A stretch of 64,000 nucleotides of DNA from contig CM119265.1 in the NCBI GenBank assembly GCA_051294375.1, positions 1,298,726 through 1,362,725 of the forward strand, written 5' to 3'. Of this stretch, positions 39,001 through 48,592 are shown piece by piece (positions within the stretch are counted from its first letter, which is position 1; the number at the start of each line of letters is the position of its first letter). Under the pieces are notes generated by a model, which saw only the letters and a program-made list of their open reading frames with translations, made no database searches and was not told the DNA's origin. The DNA comes from Paraspadella gotoi (lineage: Eukaryota > Animalia > Chaetognatha). The position numbers were made by a program, and so were the translations under genes.

Positions 39001-42000
39001 TTAAAACGACGTAAAAACGTACAACGGCGAACATTTTCCACGAGGCAACTGAAGATTCTACAAAATTCCAAATCGAATGTTATTTAAAATAACTCAGATA
39101 GCCTCGGCAAACCCTTTTTTCCTCTTCTTCAAATTATTCGACGCGACTCCCGATCACGAATTTGGGAAAGTTGAACCAAGATGTCGACCCTCAGCCGTCG
39201 GACGTTGAGCCGTCTCACCCTCGGGCGAGGCTCGCCATCCATCAATACAACTTTTTGTCGTTTTTGTCGTTTTGTCGTTTTGTCGTTTTGTCGTTTTTGT
39301 CGTTTTTGTCGTTTTTCGCAGTTTTAACATTAATGAGGAAAAAGTGATGCCTGACCTTTCTCTCTCTATTTCTCTCTTTTACATATTATGGACACGAATT
39401 TTTCTGTCCATTCACAGTCGTTTACTGGTCTTTTTTTAGTTTTACGGCTGTCAAGTTTTGGAGAGAGAGAAACTGTTATTAGAAATTTTTAAAAAATCAA
39501 TTTGAAATTTTACAAATTTATAAGAATGCTAAATTTTTTTTCGAAAAATCATGCTTTTCTATAATTACATATACGGAGGCAGCAAAAAAATAATGTTTAC
39601 TCTCTTAACCTTCTCATCACTCCACCCAAGTCCACAATCCTAACGACTTCCCTCTGCGTTGGCAAAGCGAGACCGTCCTAGGGTAATCGCGCCAGTGACA
39701 GGAGGCGTCACTGAGGGTCGGAAACCCCAAAAGCCAACAGTGAGATGCCCCACCCCAATGGGCATCACATGCAACCTGGCTGTTGCCATAATAGCTTATT
39801 TATTCAATATATTGTAATAACTCTCTTTCAAGAATCGCTCCCCTTCCTCCCATAGTACATTTCTAATTTAACTCTCTCTTTCAAGAATCGCTCCTCTTCC
39901 TCCCATCGCTCCAACCGCTCCACCCGCTCAACCGAAGCCAACGTTCTGCTCCAGAGAGAGAAAGTTAAAGCGGCGAGAGAAAAGAGGACGACGGCCATGT
40001 TGGTCGTTGTAGTCGCCATCTTTCTCGTCGTCGAAGTTCCGACGGCGGCGCACATAACTTTCGTTGTCGTCGCTTCGACTTTTAACATCGAACAGGATCC
40101 AGTTTGGTCGGGTGAGTGTGATCTGTCTGTCTGGTCTGGTTTGTCTGTCTGTCTGTTCTGGTCTCTTCGCCTACTTTTCTCTTACTGCCTTTCTATCTGT
40201 CTATCTATCTTTCTGTCAGTCGGTCTGTCATTTTATCTTGTCTGTCAAGTCTGTCAGACTGTTTTCCCTTCTGGCTATGAGTCTTTCTGTCCGTCTTTTT
40301 TTTTTGTCAGTAGGTCTTTTTGACTCTATACCTTTGCTCCTGTCTTTCTATTTGTTGATCTGTCTGTCTTTCTCTCTGGCAGTCAATTTGTCTGTCTTTC
40401 TGTCCACTCTTCGGTCAATCTATCTGCCTGAATGTTTTTTTCCTCTTAACAATTTTTTTGCATGTTAAATCATGAAAATCTAATTAGCCTTCAATATTTA
40501 ATAATTTTTTAATTTTAGTTTTAATTAAACTCAATGTTAAAAACTTATATTTATTCTCTCATATTCATTCTCTCATATTCAGACTTCTCTGGCGTGATTC
40601 TGAATCTGGCCATTCTTCTCTCATATCCTTTGAACTTCTTCATCTACTGCTGCATGAGCAAAAGATTCAGAGAAACTTTCTTTCAACTTTTCAACTTTGG
40701 ATTTTTGAGGTAAGTTCTTTTTGATTAGAGGTAAGTTCTTCAAATTTTTGTCAAAAACACCGACAAATTAATGACAAAACTGACAAAAAATAAATAATAA
40801 AAAAAGAGCGAAAAAAAATCAGAAAAAAGCGGAGAGTCATAAAATATAAAAACAGCCTTTAAATTTTGTATTTTTTAATCTTTTTTCGGTGATAAAAAAG
40901 TTAATTAAATCAAATAAAAACAAAAATAGAATCAAATTGAAATAAAATTTTATTCTTTCCTCTTGAAACTAATTTTGTTTTTAGTCGGATCTGCTTTCAG
41001 CAGATCCCGACTCTATAATTCACTTGGTCGGTCCATCGGTCCGCCCCTTCAATATTGTCGGGCATTCACTTATATCATGTCAGAACATCGAATTATGATA
41101 AATTATGCAAAAAAAAACGATGTCCGTCCGTCCGTCCATCCGTCCGTCCCACCTTAGCAAAAAACACCAATTACTCGTGATTGGATGGGTGGATTGGAAT
41201 GAAATTTTGTGTGTGGGTAGGGAAGTGTGTGATTGAGCTGGATATGAAGTTTCGACGGAATCGTCCGAGTGGAAATGAGTTTAAATGGAAAAAAACAAAA
41301 AAATATATTTCACTATTTGAACACCAATTACTCATGAGTGGATGGGGCGATTGACTTGGAATTTTGTATTTGGGTAGAAAGGTGTTTGATTAAACTGGAA
41401 ATCAAGTTTCGATGGAATCGTTTCAGTGGAAATGAGTTTAAATGGAAAAAAAACAGAGAACCTGTTTCACTAATTGATTATGTTTCTTTTTCTTTTTATT
41501 TTAAATGTAAATGCAAGATGTATAAATTAATTAAATAATAATAGTCAATTAATTAATGAATAATTAATTAATCCGTCAATTAATCAATCAAAACAGACAT
41601 TTCGGATCAAATTACCTAATTAATTAAATAATTAACTTTAATTAACTAATTATTAATTAATTAAATAATTAATTAACTTGAATTAATTATTAATTAATTA
41701 ATTATTAATTAATTAATTAATTACCGATAATGATCGTGGGTAGATCCGACATTGTTTGCTCAAACTTGTTTATTTCTACTGAAATGAAAATGGATTCTGT
41801 TGCGTTCTCTCTTAATCTTTTCTCTCTCTTCCCCCCTCTCTCTCTCTCTACCTCTCTCTCTCTCGTTCTCTCTTTTTTTCTCTATTTTCCCGCCAACCCT
41901 GATCTTCCACACCCCGTCAATTCTTCCACATCCCCTTCAGGCCATCCCGCAAGATGTCGCTCAAGGGCGTCGCGGGAAATCGCTACATCGTGAGAGTGAA

Positions 42001-42106
42001 TTCACATCCACCCGCGGGGAGAGACGTTATCACTGGAAGAGGGAGAGGGGCCAAGGCTGGTAGAACCGGAGCTGGGCAGCAGAATCACTTTCATAGGAGG
42101 AGGTGA
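17364..42106 (+). CDS. Multi-exon rhodopsin-like (class A) neuropeptide GPCR, sex-peptide/myoinhibitory-peptide (allatostatin-B) receptor-like; start codon not located
   Basis: GT-AG exons give TM1-TM7 that align by eye with Drosophila SPR motifs: KKSMRSPT (KKSMATPT), VYTFG (MYTFG), FHTSSIWLTVLLAVHRF (CHTISVWLTLALAVQRY), RLVLVHLIPC (RVLFVHLLPC), TTAMLVVVVAIFLVVEVP (TTLMLIVVVSVFLLAEIP), SYPLNFFIYCCMSKRFRETF (SYPINFGIYCGMSRQFRETF). Confidence 0.88.
17986..18706 (+). mobile_element. HINE/DINE-1-like non-autonomous Helentron, family H1, carrying a 19-bp minisatellite
   Basis: 5' hairpin AGTCGAATCTGC-TTATCA-GCAAATCCCGACT, GTCC repeats, (AAAAAATGATGCAAGTTGA)n, 3' subterminal inverted repeat GCAGATCCGAC plus a short stem-loop GTTTGCACAAAC, T-runs on both flanks. 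Confidence 0.7.
19370..20094 (+). mobile_element. H1 element, duplicate of 17986-18706
   Basis: Same structure, inside the tandem duplication. Confidence 0.65.
20350..20453 (+). CDS. GPCR exon TM1-TM2, copy A (two internal 1-bp insertions)
   Basis: CAG acceptor and correct phase-1 start giving VFFNGLILVILVKKSMRSP. It then reads CCGCACTC and GCTGCGCATC where copy B has CCGACTC and GCTGGCATC. Donor GTAAG at 20454. Confidence 0.7.
25686..25788 (+). CDS. GPCR exon TM1-TM2, copy B
   Basis: Reads NGLILVILVKKSMRSPTHTLLAGIAISDTLMG, donor GTAAG at 25789. One extra A near the 5' end relative to copy A breaks the incoming phase. Confidence 0.8.
26297..26385. repeat. Near-perfect hairpin (about 39-bp arms) made from the same terminus sequence as the 9855 hammerhead motif
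   Basis: TTCAACGATTTTATTTTTGTACGGACATGTTTCGACTCG, an 11-nt loop, then CGAGTCTAAACATGTCCGTACAAAAAATAAATCGTTGAA. Confidence 0.75.
28585..28760 (-). repeat. Dispersed repeat family R1
   Basis: TGAAATTGGTACAACCAATAT...GACTTTGGACAGGCTTTGGTGGTTTAAGGCCTCCATC. Confidence 0.8.
29777..30000 (+). pseudogene. Out-of-order, frameshifted duplicate of the GPCR ECL2-TM5 exon
   Basis: CAG|ATCCCCCAG...CTCATCAAG|GTGAAA, homologous to 33870-34082 with multiple insertions. It lies upstream of the TM3 exon. Confidence 0.7.
31710..31978 (+). CDS. GPCR exon: end of TM2, ECL1, TM3, TM4
   Basis: CAG acceptor, phase 1: GLSPLPYFLHVYTFGAYKERLSLSFCRVQSLLYVDLPVVFHTSSIWLTVLLAVHRFLGVCRWRTLDKKTFSSKRIVVAVGVLYTLAVCMQ, donor GT at 31979. 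Conserved TM3 cysteine; HRF at the DRY position. Confidence 0.9.
33870..34082 (+). CDS. GPCR exon: ECL2 and TM5
   Basis: Reads IPQFISTRVV...LPSLIDNSTFV...NFVLNDFVLRNVDLYFNIYFWTRLVLVHLIPCTSLVYFTVRLIK, donor GTGAAA at 34083. Small compensating indels in the 5' half. Confidence 0.85.
35314..35386 (+). CDS. Probable short GPCR ICL3 exon (noisy; duplicate at 31323-31407)
   Basis: AG/GT-bounded GC-richer island present in both duplicate blocks. The 31323 copy contains ITNLDAARSTKYLSESLGGGVESFVRE followed by GTGAG. Confidence 0.5.
37826..37970 (+). repeat. Dispersed repeat family R1
   Basis: GTCATTATCTTGTAAGAGTGATGGAGGCCTTAAACCATCAAAGCCTGTCCAAAGTCAGGGGCAAGATAGC...GGTTGTACCAATTTCA. Confidence 0.8.
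38310..38656 (+). mobile_element. Solo-LTR-like unit followed by an extended tRNA-Leu complement
   Basis: GATTGG/CCAATC pair, TATAAATA at 38483, AATAAA at 38557, then CTTAAATG joined to TGGTGGCAGCGGTGGGATTCGAACCCACGCCTGCGAAGAGACTGG. Same junction as at 13100. Confidence 0.6.
38612..38656 (-). pseudogene. 3' half of tRNA-Leu including CCA
   Basis: Reverse complement CCAGTCTCTTCGCAGGCGTGGGTTCGAATCCCACCGCTGCCA-CCA runs from the 3' anticodon stem to the CCA end. Confidence 0.8.
39631..39790. repeat. GC-rich dispersed repeat R3 (second copy at 48963-49122)
   Basis: GACTTCCCTCTGCGTTGGCAAAGCGAGACCGTCCTAGGGTAA...GGCTGTTGCCATA is shared with few differences. Confidence 0.8.
39886..40111 (+). CDS. 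GPCR exon: ICL3 and TM6
   Basis: AAG acceptor, then NRSSSSHRSNRSTRSTEANVLLQREKVKAAREKRTTAMLVVVVAIFLVVEVPTAAHITFVVVASTFNIEQDPVWS, donor GTGAGT at 40112 (phase 1). Confidence 0.88.
40583..40709 (+). CDS. GPCR exon: TM7 and helix 8
   Basis: CAG acceptor, phase matches: DFSGVILNLAILLSYPLNFFIYCCMSKRFRETFFQLFNFGFL, donor GTAAGT at 40710 (phase 2). Absent from the ORF track. Confidence 0.9.
40983..41768 (+). mobile_element. HINE/DINE-1-like non-autonomous Helentron, family H1
   Basis: AGTCGGATCTGC-TTTCA-GCAGATCCCGACT hairpin, (GTCC)n, an internal direct repeat of about 155 bp, 3' AGATCCGAC plus GTTTGCTCAAAC stem-loop, TT flanks. Confidence 0.75.
41941..42106 (+). CDS. Probable GPCR C-terminal tail exon
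   Basis: CAG acceptor, phase 2 fits: RPSRKMSLKGVAGNRYIVRVNSHPPAGRDVITGRGRGAKAGRTGAGQQNHFHRRR-TGA. The stop overlaps a possible donor AG|GTGAG at 42103. Confidence 0.6.
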
Positions 42107-44028
42107 GAGAGAGAGAGANNNNNNNNNNGAGAGAGAGAGAGATTGACACGAAAAAAAGCAGAAAAACTTATTTAATAAATTTGAATTCAATTCATAAAAT
42201 GAATCTAATGACTCAATTTTAATTCAACAGATTCAGCTCAAACAAAGAACAAAGAATCTACGATTTGGAAGCAAGATAATGGTAAGGGTTGTTGTTGTTT
42301 TTGTTAGGTTGTTGTTGTTGTTGTCGTTTGTTCTCTCTTCTCTATCACAGAATGTTACCGTATCCTGTTGTTATCGTCTTCTTCATCCTATTCAATATAT
42401 TTTTAATAAAACGAAACAAATTCTTCATCTTTTTTGTTGTTTTCTTTCTCCTCTTCCTTCTCCTCTTCCTCCTCCTCTTCCTCCTTCTTTTCTTATTTTC
42501 TTTTTCTTTCTAATTATTTTTTCTTTTTTCTTTTGGCACTTTTTTTCCATTGAAGCCCCCTCTCCACGGCTCCTGAAGCAGCGGACTCAATCTCACGCAC
42601 AAAACTCGTGCTGCTTCCATCGTCGCTTCATGCGTCACTCCTTTCGTCGTCGCTCTCACCGTCGCAACTGCTTCCTCCATCGTTCAAATTATCGTCGTCG
42701 TTTCTGTTGATCCCGATCCTGAGTCCCTGACCTATGAGTCACCAAACCCAGAAAGCCAGAACGTTTTTTGTAGCATAAGGAATGACAAATAGAGCTTTAG
42801 CAATTAGCATAATATAAATTTTGCTCACTTGATGATTCGTTTTAACACTAATCCTAATTCCTAACTCTAATCCCGAACCCTGATCCCTAATCCCTAACCC
42901 ATAACCCTAACCCTTATCCCTAACCAAAACCCTAAACCTTTAATCCCCAACCTACGAAGCCGGCTGCAATTATTTTTCACGAGTAATAGAACATTTAAAA
43001 GCTTTCTGTAAAATAAAAGGTGATCTTGGGTTATTTCTCTGTTGCCCTGATCGAGCATTATAAAAAACCTACGGGGAAACGATGTTCATTCAGATTCAGG
43101 CACTCGGTTTAAAGCGAGAAAGATTCGCTGCTCCGTCAGACCTTGTTCGCTCAAATTTTCCCTGGAAATAAAAAAAACTACAGTGAAAATGTGTTACTTG
43201 TTTAATTTATATCAATCCTTAGTTGTCATACGATTCCAATTCATGTTAATCAACAGTGTTTTATAGTTGTTTATATCCATTTGAAAAAAAGAGAAATAAG
43301 ATAAAATGTAGCGGTAGTATTTCATACCCCGTTACTCGTCCGAGAATCAGCATCTGTTTAAATCCCACCCCCTTTCATAGCAAATTGTATTTTCAATATA
43401 ATTTCATAATTATTATTATGTCAACAGTTGCTATTAATAAAAAAAGATTGTTCCTTAACCTTTTCTACAATTGTTCTCTACGTTTTGTAATAATTAAAAT
43501 TTTGTGATCCATTTAACAGTTTGTTCTCGAATTACTTGTATAAGAAGAATAAATTAATTGAAATAAATCGAAATATTTCTTTATTTCTTTTTAATGTTTA
43601 ATATTGATAGAAAATCACCAGACAAGTCAATTACAATAAAAGGAAAAACATAAAGAAGTAAAATATACAATGTAAATAAAAAAAAATCTTATTTTTATTT
43701 CTTTGAAGATTTTTCCACAAATTAAGATAATAAAAGACTCCATCATTATTCTATATTTTTGTGTTATTTCTTTCTTTTCGTTGTTGTAGTAGCATTTATT
43801 GAAAACAAAGAACTGAGTAAAGGATAGTGGTCAGATGTGAAGACAGATGAAGGTAAGAACAGGGAAGAAGAAGCAGTAAGTTGGTGAAATGGTGAAAATG
43901 AGAGTGAGGGAGGGAGAGAGAGAGAGAGAGAGAGACTTTTGTTTTCACTAAATATATATATATTTGCTAAAACTTAATTTAATAATGCCTAAACTACAGG
44001 TATAATTTCAACTTTGGTTGACTTTTTT

Positions 44029-44120
44029 ATCTCGCCAGACGGGCTAAAGCCCGACTTGGGCGAGATTTAGTCATAAAACTGCTTCTTTGTGCCGTAGTCG
44101 TCCAGCTTCTTCTCTCAGTC

Positions 44121-44151
<31 letters not shown>

Positions 44152-44480
44152 CTCTCACTCATACAACCATTTATTTGTTTTATTTATGATGAATGACTAT
44201 CATCGCGTCAATGAATGACTATCATCGCATCAATGAATGACTATCATTGCATCAATCATTAGGTTATCATCGCATCAATCATTTGGTTATGATTGTATCA
44301 ATTATTGGTTATTGTCGCATCAATCTATGGTTATCATCGCATCAATATCTGGTTATAATTGCATCTATCTATGATTATCATCGCATCAATATTTAGTTAT
44401 TATTACATCAATCATTCTTTTTTTTTCCGGATTTTTTCAGTAATTTTCTTTGATAGTGCCGCCTGGCGAGATCACTATAC
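44029..44480 (+). mobile_element. Second HINE-like family (H2)
   Basis: After a T-run: 5' hairpin ATCTCGCCAG...GGCGAGAT, (CT)n, about 11 copies of a 20-bp unit (e.g. ATGAATGACTATCATCGCAT), and 3' CTGGCGAGAT (44463-44472), the exact inverse of the 5' end. Confidence 0.6.
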
Positions 44481-45057
44481 TTTTAAGATTTTTTGACTGA
44501 TAAAATCTTAATCCTTTACTCTAAAAGAATCAAATACAAAATAATCTGCTGAAGGAACGAAGCTGAAAAAAAAATTTGACCAAGATCTTTTCAGGAATGT
44601 GCTGACAACGCAATAAGCGTATAAGCCGAACAGCAGTTATAATATGTTTTTGAAAAATATAAAATTTAATGCTTATGTAAATTTAAATGTTTATTAGGTT
44701 GTGAATTCAAATGTTAGTTATAAAAAATGTTGTGCAATGAGAAAGAAAAAGCGGAAAGTGAAATAGAAAGTGATATAATTAATAAGAAGGAAAACGACTT
44801 CATAAAAAAACAAAGTGATTGGAAAGATTTTACTATTGATTGTAAATATAATATTTTTCCAGAGGGCAACATAAACAAGGGAATTTTTTTTAGGACAAGA
44901 TAGCACTTTTGATTAAGTTTTCAAAATTATTTACCAGATGTCTTATTCTTTTTTAAGAAACAAAGGAAGATGCATAATAAATTTGATCTGGACCTGCTAG
45001 ATTTTCCTTTGCACCTGCTTTAATACAAAATAAAAATTTTTATTTAAGTTTATATTA

Positions 45058-45475
45058 TTGAAAAAATGCTGCAAGTTGAAAAAATGATGCAAGTTGAAAA
45101 AATTATACAAGTTGAAAAAATGATGCAAGTTGAAAAAATGTTGCAAACTGAAAAAATGATGCAAGTTGAAAAATTGATGCAAGTTGAAAAAATGATGTAA
45201 GTTGAAAAAATGATGCAAGTTAAAAAAATGATGCAAGTTGAAAAATGATATAGTTGAAAAAATGATACAAGTTAGGAAAATGATGCAAGTTAAAAAAATG
45301 ATGCAAGCTAAAAAATAATGCAAGCTGAAAAAATAACACAAGTTGAAAAAATAATACAAGTTGAAAAAAAGTAAAAAGTTAAAAAATGATACAAATTTAA
45401 TAAAATATTATTAGTGCCACAGTAACAGTTCAGTTTAAGCCCTTGAAAGCGATTTACATGTATTGGCGCAGCCAC
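45058..45475 (+). repeat. 19-bp minisatellite (TTGAAAAAATGATGCAAG)n with a 3' flank shared with H1 cargo
   Basis: About 17 units followed by AGTAACAGTTCA...AGCGATTTACATGTATTGGCGCAGC, as at 18535-18575. Confidence 0.8.
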
Positions 45476-45866
45476 TGTTTTTTTATTGACTTGAATGAAA
45501 AAGTATCAACATTGGAACTATTATTAGAGGCAGTTGTAAGTAGTCAATATTTTCAAAATCTTTTAAATCTAATTCTTTTAAAGTTTTAGGAAAAGAAATT
45601 GAAAAATTTTGCATGAAACTTCTGGTAAACATAAAATTTTCTTTAATAGTTCTATCTTTAATTCTAGCATACTTTATATATGCAGGTACTAGATGTTTAT
45701 TAATGCAGCGATAGACTTCAGATTTAAAATTTTGTAAAACAAACAGTTCGGGACTATGACTTTGATAGAAATCGTCCTTGAATGAACTAGTTAAGTCAAA
45801 AAAAGGAATGTGTTTTATGCTAAATATTTTTCCTTTGTCATCTGTAAAAAATTCAATAACAACATA

Positions 45867-47909
45867 CTAGGTTGTATACATACCAACTATTATGAAATAA
45901 AACATAAATTGAGTGTAAATTTTTCTCGGATATATTGCTCTAATGATAGAAAAAACAATATCAAATTGAGGAAATAAAACAATAAAAATGAAAAAGGTAA
46001 AATTTTCTGAAACATATTTATAAGAAAAAGTTTTTGAAAGAATTGATTGCCACATTGGGAAGGACTTAGCAAGAGTTAAATTTAAATTACAGGCTGTGAT
46101 CGTCAAATCCATAATTTGTAATCCATATTTGTTTCTGATAAATATTATTTTAAAGAGAAAATAGCAACAAGACACAATTGTTATTATTTTTAAACCTACT
46201 CTAAATGATTGGCTTTTTATTTTTCTGTTTGCATTCATGACTACTACTATTATTAATATCCAAATAATGTTTGACATTATTTTAAATAACTTGAATATTG
46301 TTAGATGTAAGATTATTGCAGTTTCCTTTGCTTTTGTTGAATAACGTACAAAAGGTAAGTTTTTTAAATTAATTGATATAAAACCACATAAAATACCAAC
46401 GGATGCAATGCTCAAGACAGATAATATTTGAAAAATAAAATTTAAACACTTTTTTTTAATTTTAACAGTTATAATGACATAAAAAAGACAAAACATTGCG
46501 TCACACACGACCATCATCGTAATTATAAGAAATTTTGGGTTAAAAAATTTATAATTCCCTAGAAGAACTTTTATTTGCGGAATATTGTTAATCTTGTGTA
46601 ATTTATCTTGATTGAAAATTGCCTGTTTAGGTAGACGACAATCTTTAGTGGAAGCATTTTTATACTTTCCCATGTTTATTTGTTCCCATTTTTTGTCTGT
46701 TTTTTTATTTGGTATTAAACATTCTAAATCATTTTTTTCAGTTATTGAATTCCATGTCTTTTTAAACAAAAGTAGCTCTGTAGGATTATCATATAGTTTG
46801 ATTTGATTAAAACCCCAATTTATAAGTGAATGATTATAGTAATTATATTTATCCCAGAAAAAACTAATTTCATCATGTCTTTTGGCAATAAATATAATTG
46901 AAAGCAAAGCTAAATTCCATATTGGTAATCGAATTATTTCTGAAAAGTTAATCTTTACTTTAGTTTTTGTAATTACATTATTATAAAAAGACTGAGTGAA
47001 CAGCTCCATTACGTTTTGTAATTCTCTGATGGTAAAAATACGCAAAACAACAATGGGCAAAAGTACAAATAATATTTTAGACATTGTTAAAGTAAAAAGA
47101 AAAAATAAATATAAAAATGTTATTAAACCTAAGACGAGTTGAAAAATAGAAAGAATTTGGTGAAATCGGAAGAGGAAAATTGAATTTGATTGAAAATCGC
47201 AAGGCATCATGAAATCCCGAAAGTTTGACACGGATTTAGAAACGCTTATTGATGACATGACTACTGAGATAAACGGCCAGTAGTTTCGGATATTCCAAGA
47301 GCAGTATTGTAAGTTACTTTGTGACTCACATTTGCATGGAACAAAAGGTTCAATCCTGCTGACTGTCCCGTTTTTACTGATTGAGAATAAGTGCAAAAAT
47401 GAATGAGAAATAACTGCTTTATAATGCAGGCAGATGTAGGAAGTACCACTCGTCCAAGAGACAATAATTGCATAACATTGAACCAAAATTTGAGGCAAAG
47501 ATTCAAATAGACAGTTGTATAGATTCAAAATCGTCAGCTGCTTTTCTTTAAATATTGTAACTTCTTTATTATTTGTGTTATGAAGAGAATCTAAAAATAA
47601 ATCGATACTTAAGGAACATGCGCTTAATCCTAGTATGTGCGAGGCTCTTGTTAGTTTTTTTGCAAAATTTGATTTATTCAGTCTTTGATAAATGGAATTG
47701 TATTTTTTAATCATAGCCAATCCAAAAATTGATGTCATTATATTATTGACAAAATTTATTCCAATAATGCTACAACCAAGATAGTTAAGTTCTGGATCAC
47801 TTTGGCGTATATACCCTATAGCAGTTTGAATGTCGCTACCTATGTCGACTATTTGTAACACGTTAGTTACAAACAATAACAAAAACGGCAAAATTATATC
47901 TCTCTTCAT
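45867..47909 (-). CDS. Intronless XK-related (Xkr/CED-8 scramblase family-like) polytopic membrane protein, 680 aa, possibly longer
   Basis: 2-kb ORF in very AT-rich DNA. XK hallmarks: D-x3-D in TM1 (QIVDIGSDIQTAIGY), ESLPQILVQ (ExxPQ motif) and ISVVMSSISVS. Many hydrophobic segments and paralogs nearby. Confidence 0.8.
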   Translation of the reverse strand: MKRDIILPFLLLFVTNVLQIVDIGSDIQTAIGYIRQSDPELNYLGCSIIGINFVNNIMTSIFGLAMIKKYNSIYQRLNKSNFAKKLTRASHILGLSACSLSIDLFLDSLHNTNNKEVTIFKEKQLTILNLYNCLFESLPQILVQCYAIIVSWTSGTSYICLHYKAVISHSFLHLFSISKNGTVSRIEPFVPCKCESQSNLQYCSWNIRNYWPFISVVMSSISVSKSVSNFRDFMMPCDFQSNSIFLFRFHQILSIFQLVLGLITFLYLFFLFTLTMSKILFVLLPIVVLRIFTIRELQNVMELFTQSFYNNVITKTKVKINFSEIIRLPIWNLALLSIIFIAKRHDEISFFWDKYNYYNHSLINWGFNQIKLYDNPTELLLFKKTWNSITEKNDLECLIPNKKTDKKWEQINMGKYKNASTKDCRLPKQAIFNQDKLHKINNIPQIKVLLGNYKFFNPKFLIITMMVVCDAMFCLFYVIITVKIKKKCLNFIFQILSVLSIASVGILCGFISINLKNLPFVRYSTKAKETAIILHLTIFKLFKIMSNIIWILIIVVVMNANRKIKSQSFRVGLKIITIVSCCYFLFKIIFIRNKYGLQIMDLTITACNLNLTLAKSFPMWQSILSKTFSYKYVSENFTFFIFIVLFPQFDIVFSIIRAIYPRKIYTQFMFYFIIVGMYTT

Positions 47910-48377
47910 GATGGTGCGATAAGTTACATTACAGGTTTTAAAAATAGTATTTTAATCAATAAAATAGGCAACTTTTCCCGTTAAGTTCCTTTTGGCCAAC
48001 TGACTTTAGTCAAGAAGATTCTAATCAAGTTATTCTGTAATTTAGGATAATTCTGAGATTATCTAACAGAACTACAGTAGAACTGAGAGCGTTCTAAAAT
48101 AGATTGTTGTTTCATTATTTATAAAAATTAAAGTAATTTATCTAACAACGACAGAGAATGGGTTGGGCTAAGCTCAAATGAACTTGATTTCTTTGCTAAA
48201 CTAAAACTCGTGATTTATAATAAAGGTTTTTATTTTTAATCAACCCGTCATGTTTAGCAAACCATGTGTCTTACCTCTTTATTTGTCTGTAATATGTCGG
48301 AATATAGCATGTATATATATTGTAACATGTAACATGACTTATCATCTGGTCAGTTGATTACTGCTAAATCATAATGT

Positions 48378-48592
48378 TATGATGGACTAAAATCCACCAA
48401 CCGTTCATCAGCGGCCATTGATGCCGGAGGCAAGTCGTTCGCTTCCCAACCCGGGGTTCTAGCCCGGTGGCCGCCTAGCAGTTAAGAGGGACGGGGCGCT
48501 TAACACGCCTGTGACTCGGTGTTACAGCATGATCCGAAGCTCAGGGAGTGCTTATATTGAACGGTTCTGTCACTAACACATAATAATAATCA
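48378..48592 (+). mobile_element. Short interspersed repeat R2 (SINE-like, TAA tail)
   Basis: About 200 bp, GC-rich, ending CTGTCACTAACACATAATAATAAT. Reverse copy at 50045-50254 and an internally deleted copy at 62633-62712. Orientation inferred from the tail. Confidence 0.6.

Noticed and set aside
44997-45359. ORF with FFNLHH repeats
   Set aside because: It is the translation of the minisatellite.
45867-45869. Alternative nuclear genetic code (TAG or TAA as sense)
   Set aside because: Only one in-frame TAG is seen. The 680-codon ORF, the paralog exons and the GPCR exons contain none, and other breaks are frameshifts.
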